Shown one piece after another: positions 63,630 through 64,000 of a DNA stretch of 64,000 nt. Source of the DNA: Octopus sinensis. Lineage: Eukaryota. Each line of letters starts with the position of its first letter. Positions within the stretch are counted from its first letter, which is position 1. The position numbers were made by a program, and so were the translations under genes. Location: the NCBI RefSeq assembly GCF_006345805.1, contig NC_042998.1, positions 139,314,001-139,378,000 on the forward strand. The letters run 5' to 3'. The notes below the pieces were generated by a model that was not told the DNA's origin, did no database searches, and saw nothing but the letters and a program-made list of their open reading frames with translations.

Positions 63630-64000
63630 TTAACTTTTTTTATCCCAACATGCCTAAGACTACCCCTGGATTCTGTGACAAAGTTCTTTTAACTCTTTAG
63701 CATTTAAAGCAACCATATCCAGGTCAAATATCCCCACCTGCTTTATGTTAAATCCAGCCAACTGCAGCCTCCCATACCTACTCCATAATTCCATAAATAA
63801 ACAATCACTAAGCTCTGAGATAATGCATGATTAATATAGATCAATGTGAATGAATAATCTGAATGAAGGGTTAAAGTGATCTAAGTTAAAAACTTCCTTC
63901 AAAGTTTGGTGTTAATTTACGTTCTAAACAACAGCTTAAGGAGGACAGTTATTGCACTAAATTTTTCATTATTATTATCAAGATAAATTAAAACAAAGGT
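63630..64000 (+). mobile_element. composite: family-B MITE (63693-63870, reversed) nested in a family-A MITE running off the window end
   Basis: TTAA at 63689-63692 and 63871-63874, followed by AGTGATCTAA of family A. Confidence 0.78.

Noticed and set aside
1-64000. CRISPR arrays, prokaryotic operons, rRNA genes, LTR retrotransposons
   Set aside because: No regularly spaced repeat-spacer array, long ORFs, rRNA motifs or paired LTRs were seen.

Overview
AT-rich, CpG-depleted, microsatellite-dense eukaryotic DNA. The repeat families match what I recall of octopus (coleoid cephalopod) genomes; this assignment is inference, not a database result. I found no intact, recognisable protein-coding gene, rRNA, true tRNA gene or CRISPR array. 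The window reads as a long intron or intergenic stretch filled with transposon relics. The main relics are a near end-to-end R4/Dong-clade retrotransposon (16.8-20.0 kb, minus) that has lost its RT core and nuclease PD motif, an RTE LINE derivative lacking its RT (25.9-27.3 kb), and a young internally deleted Tigger/pogo element (39.5-40.3 kb). There are also several tRNA-derived SINE families, many RTE 3' tails, TTAA-flanked piggyBac-like MITEs and foldback elements. The MITEs include two nested insertions at the same internal TTAA in opposite orientations. One foldback contains a degenerate Penelope-type hammerhead ribozyme core. A few segments have strong minus-strand splice signals, best at 58811-58932, 43746-43850 and 33372-33435. 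Joined, these three give a Cys-rich frame interrupted only by TGA codons, which is speculative but testable. Boundaries of old repeats are approximate (tens of bp).
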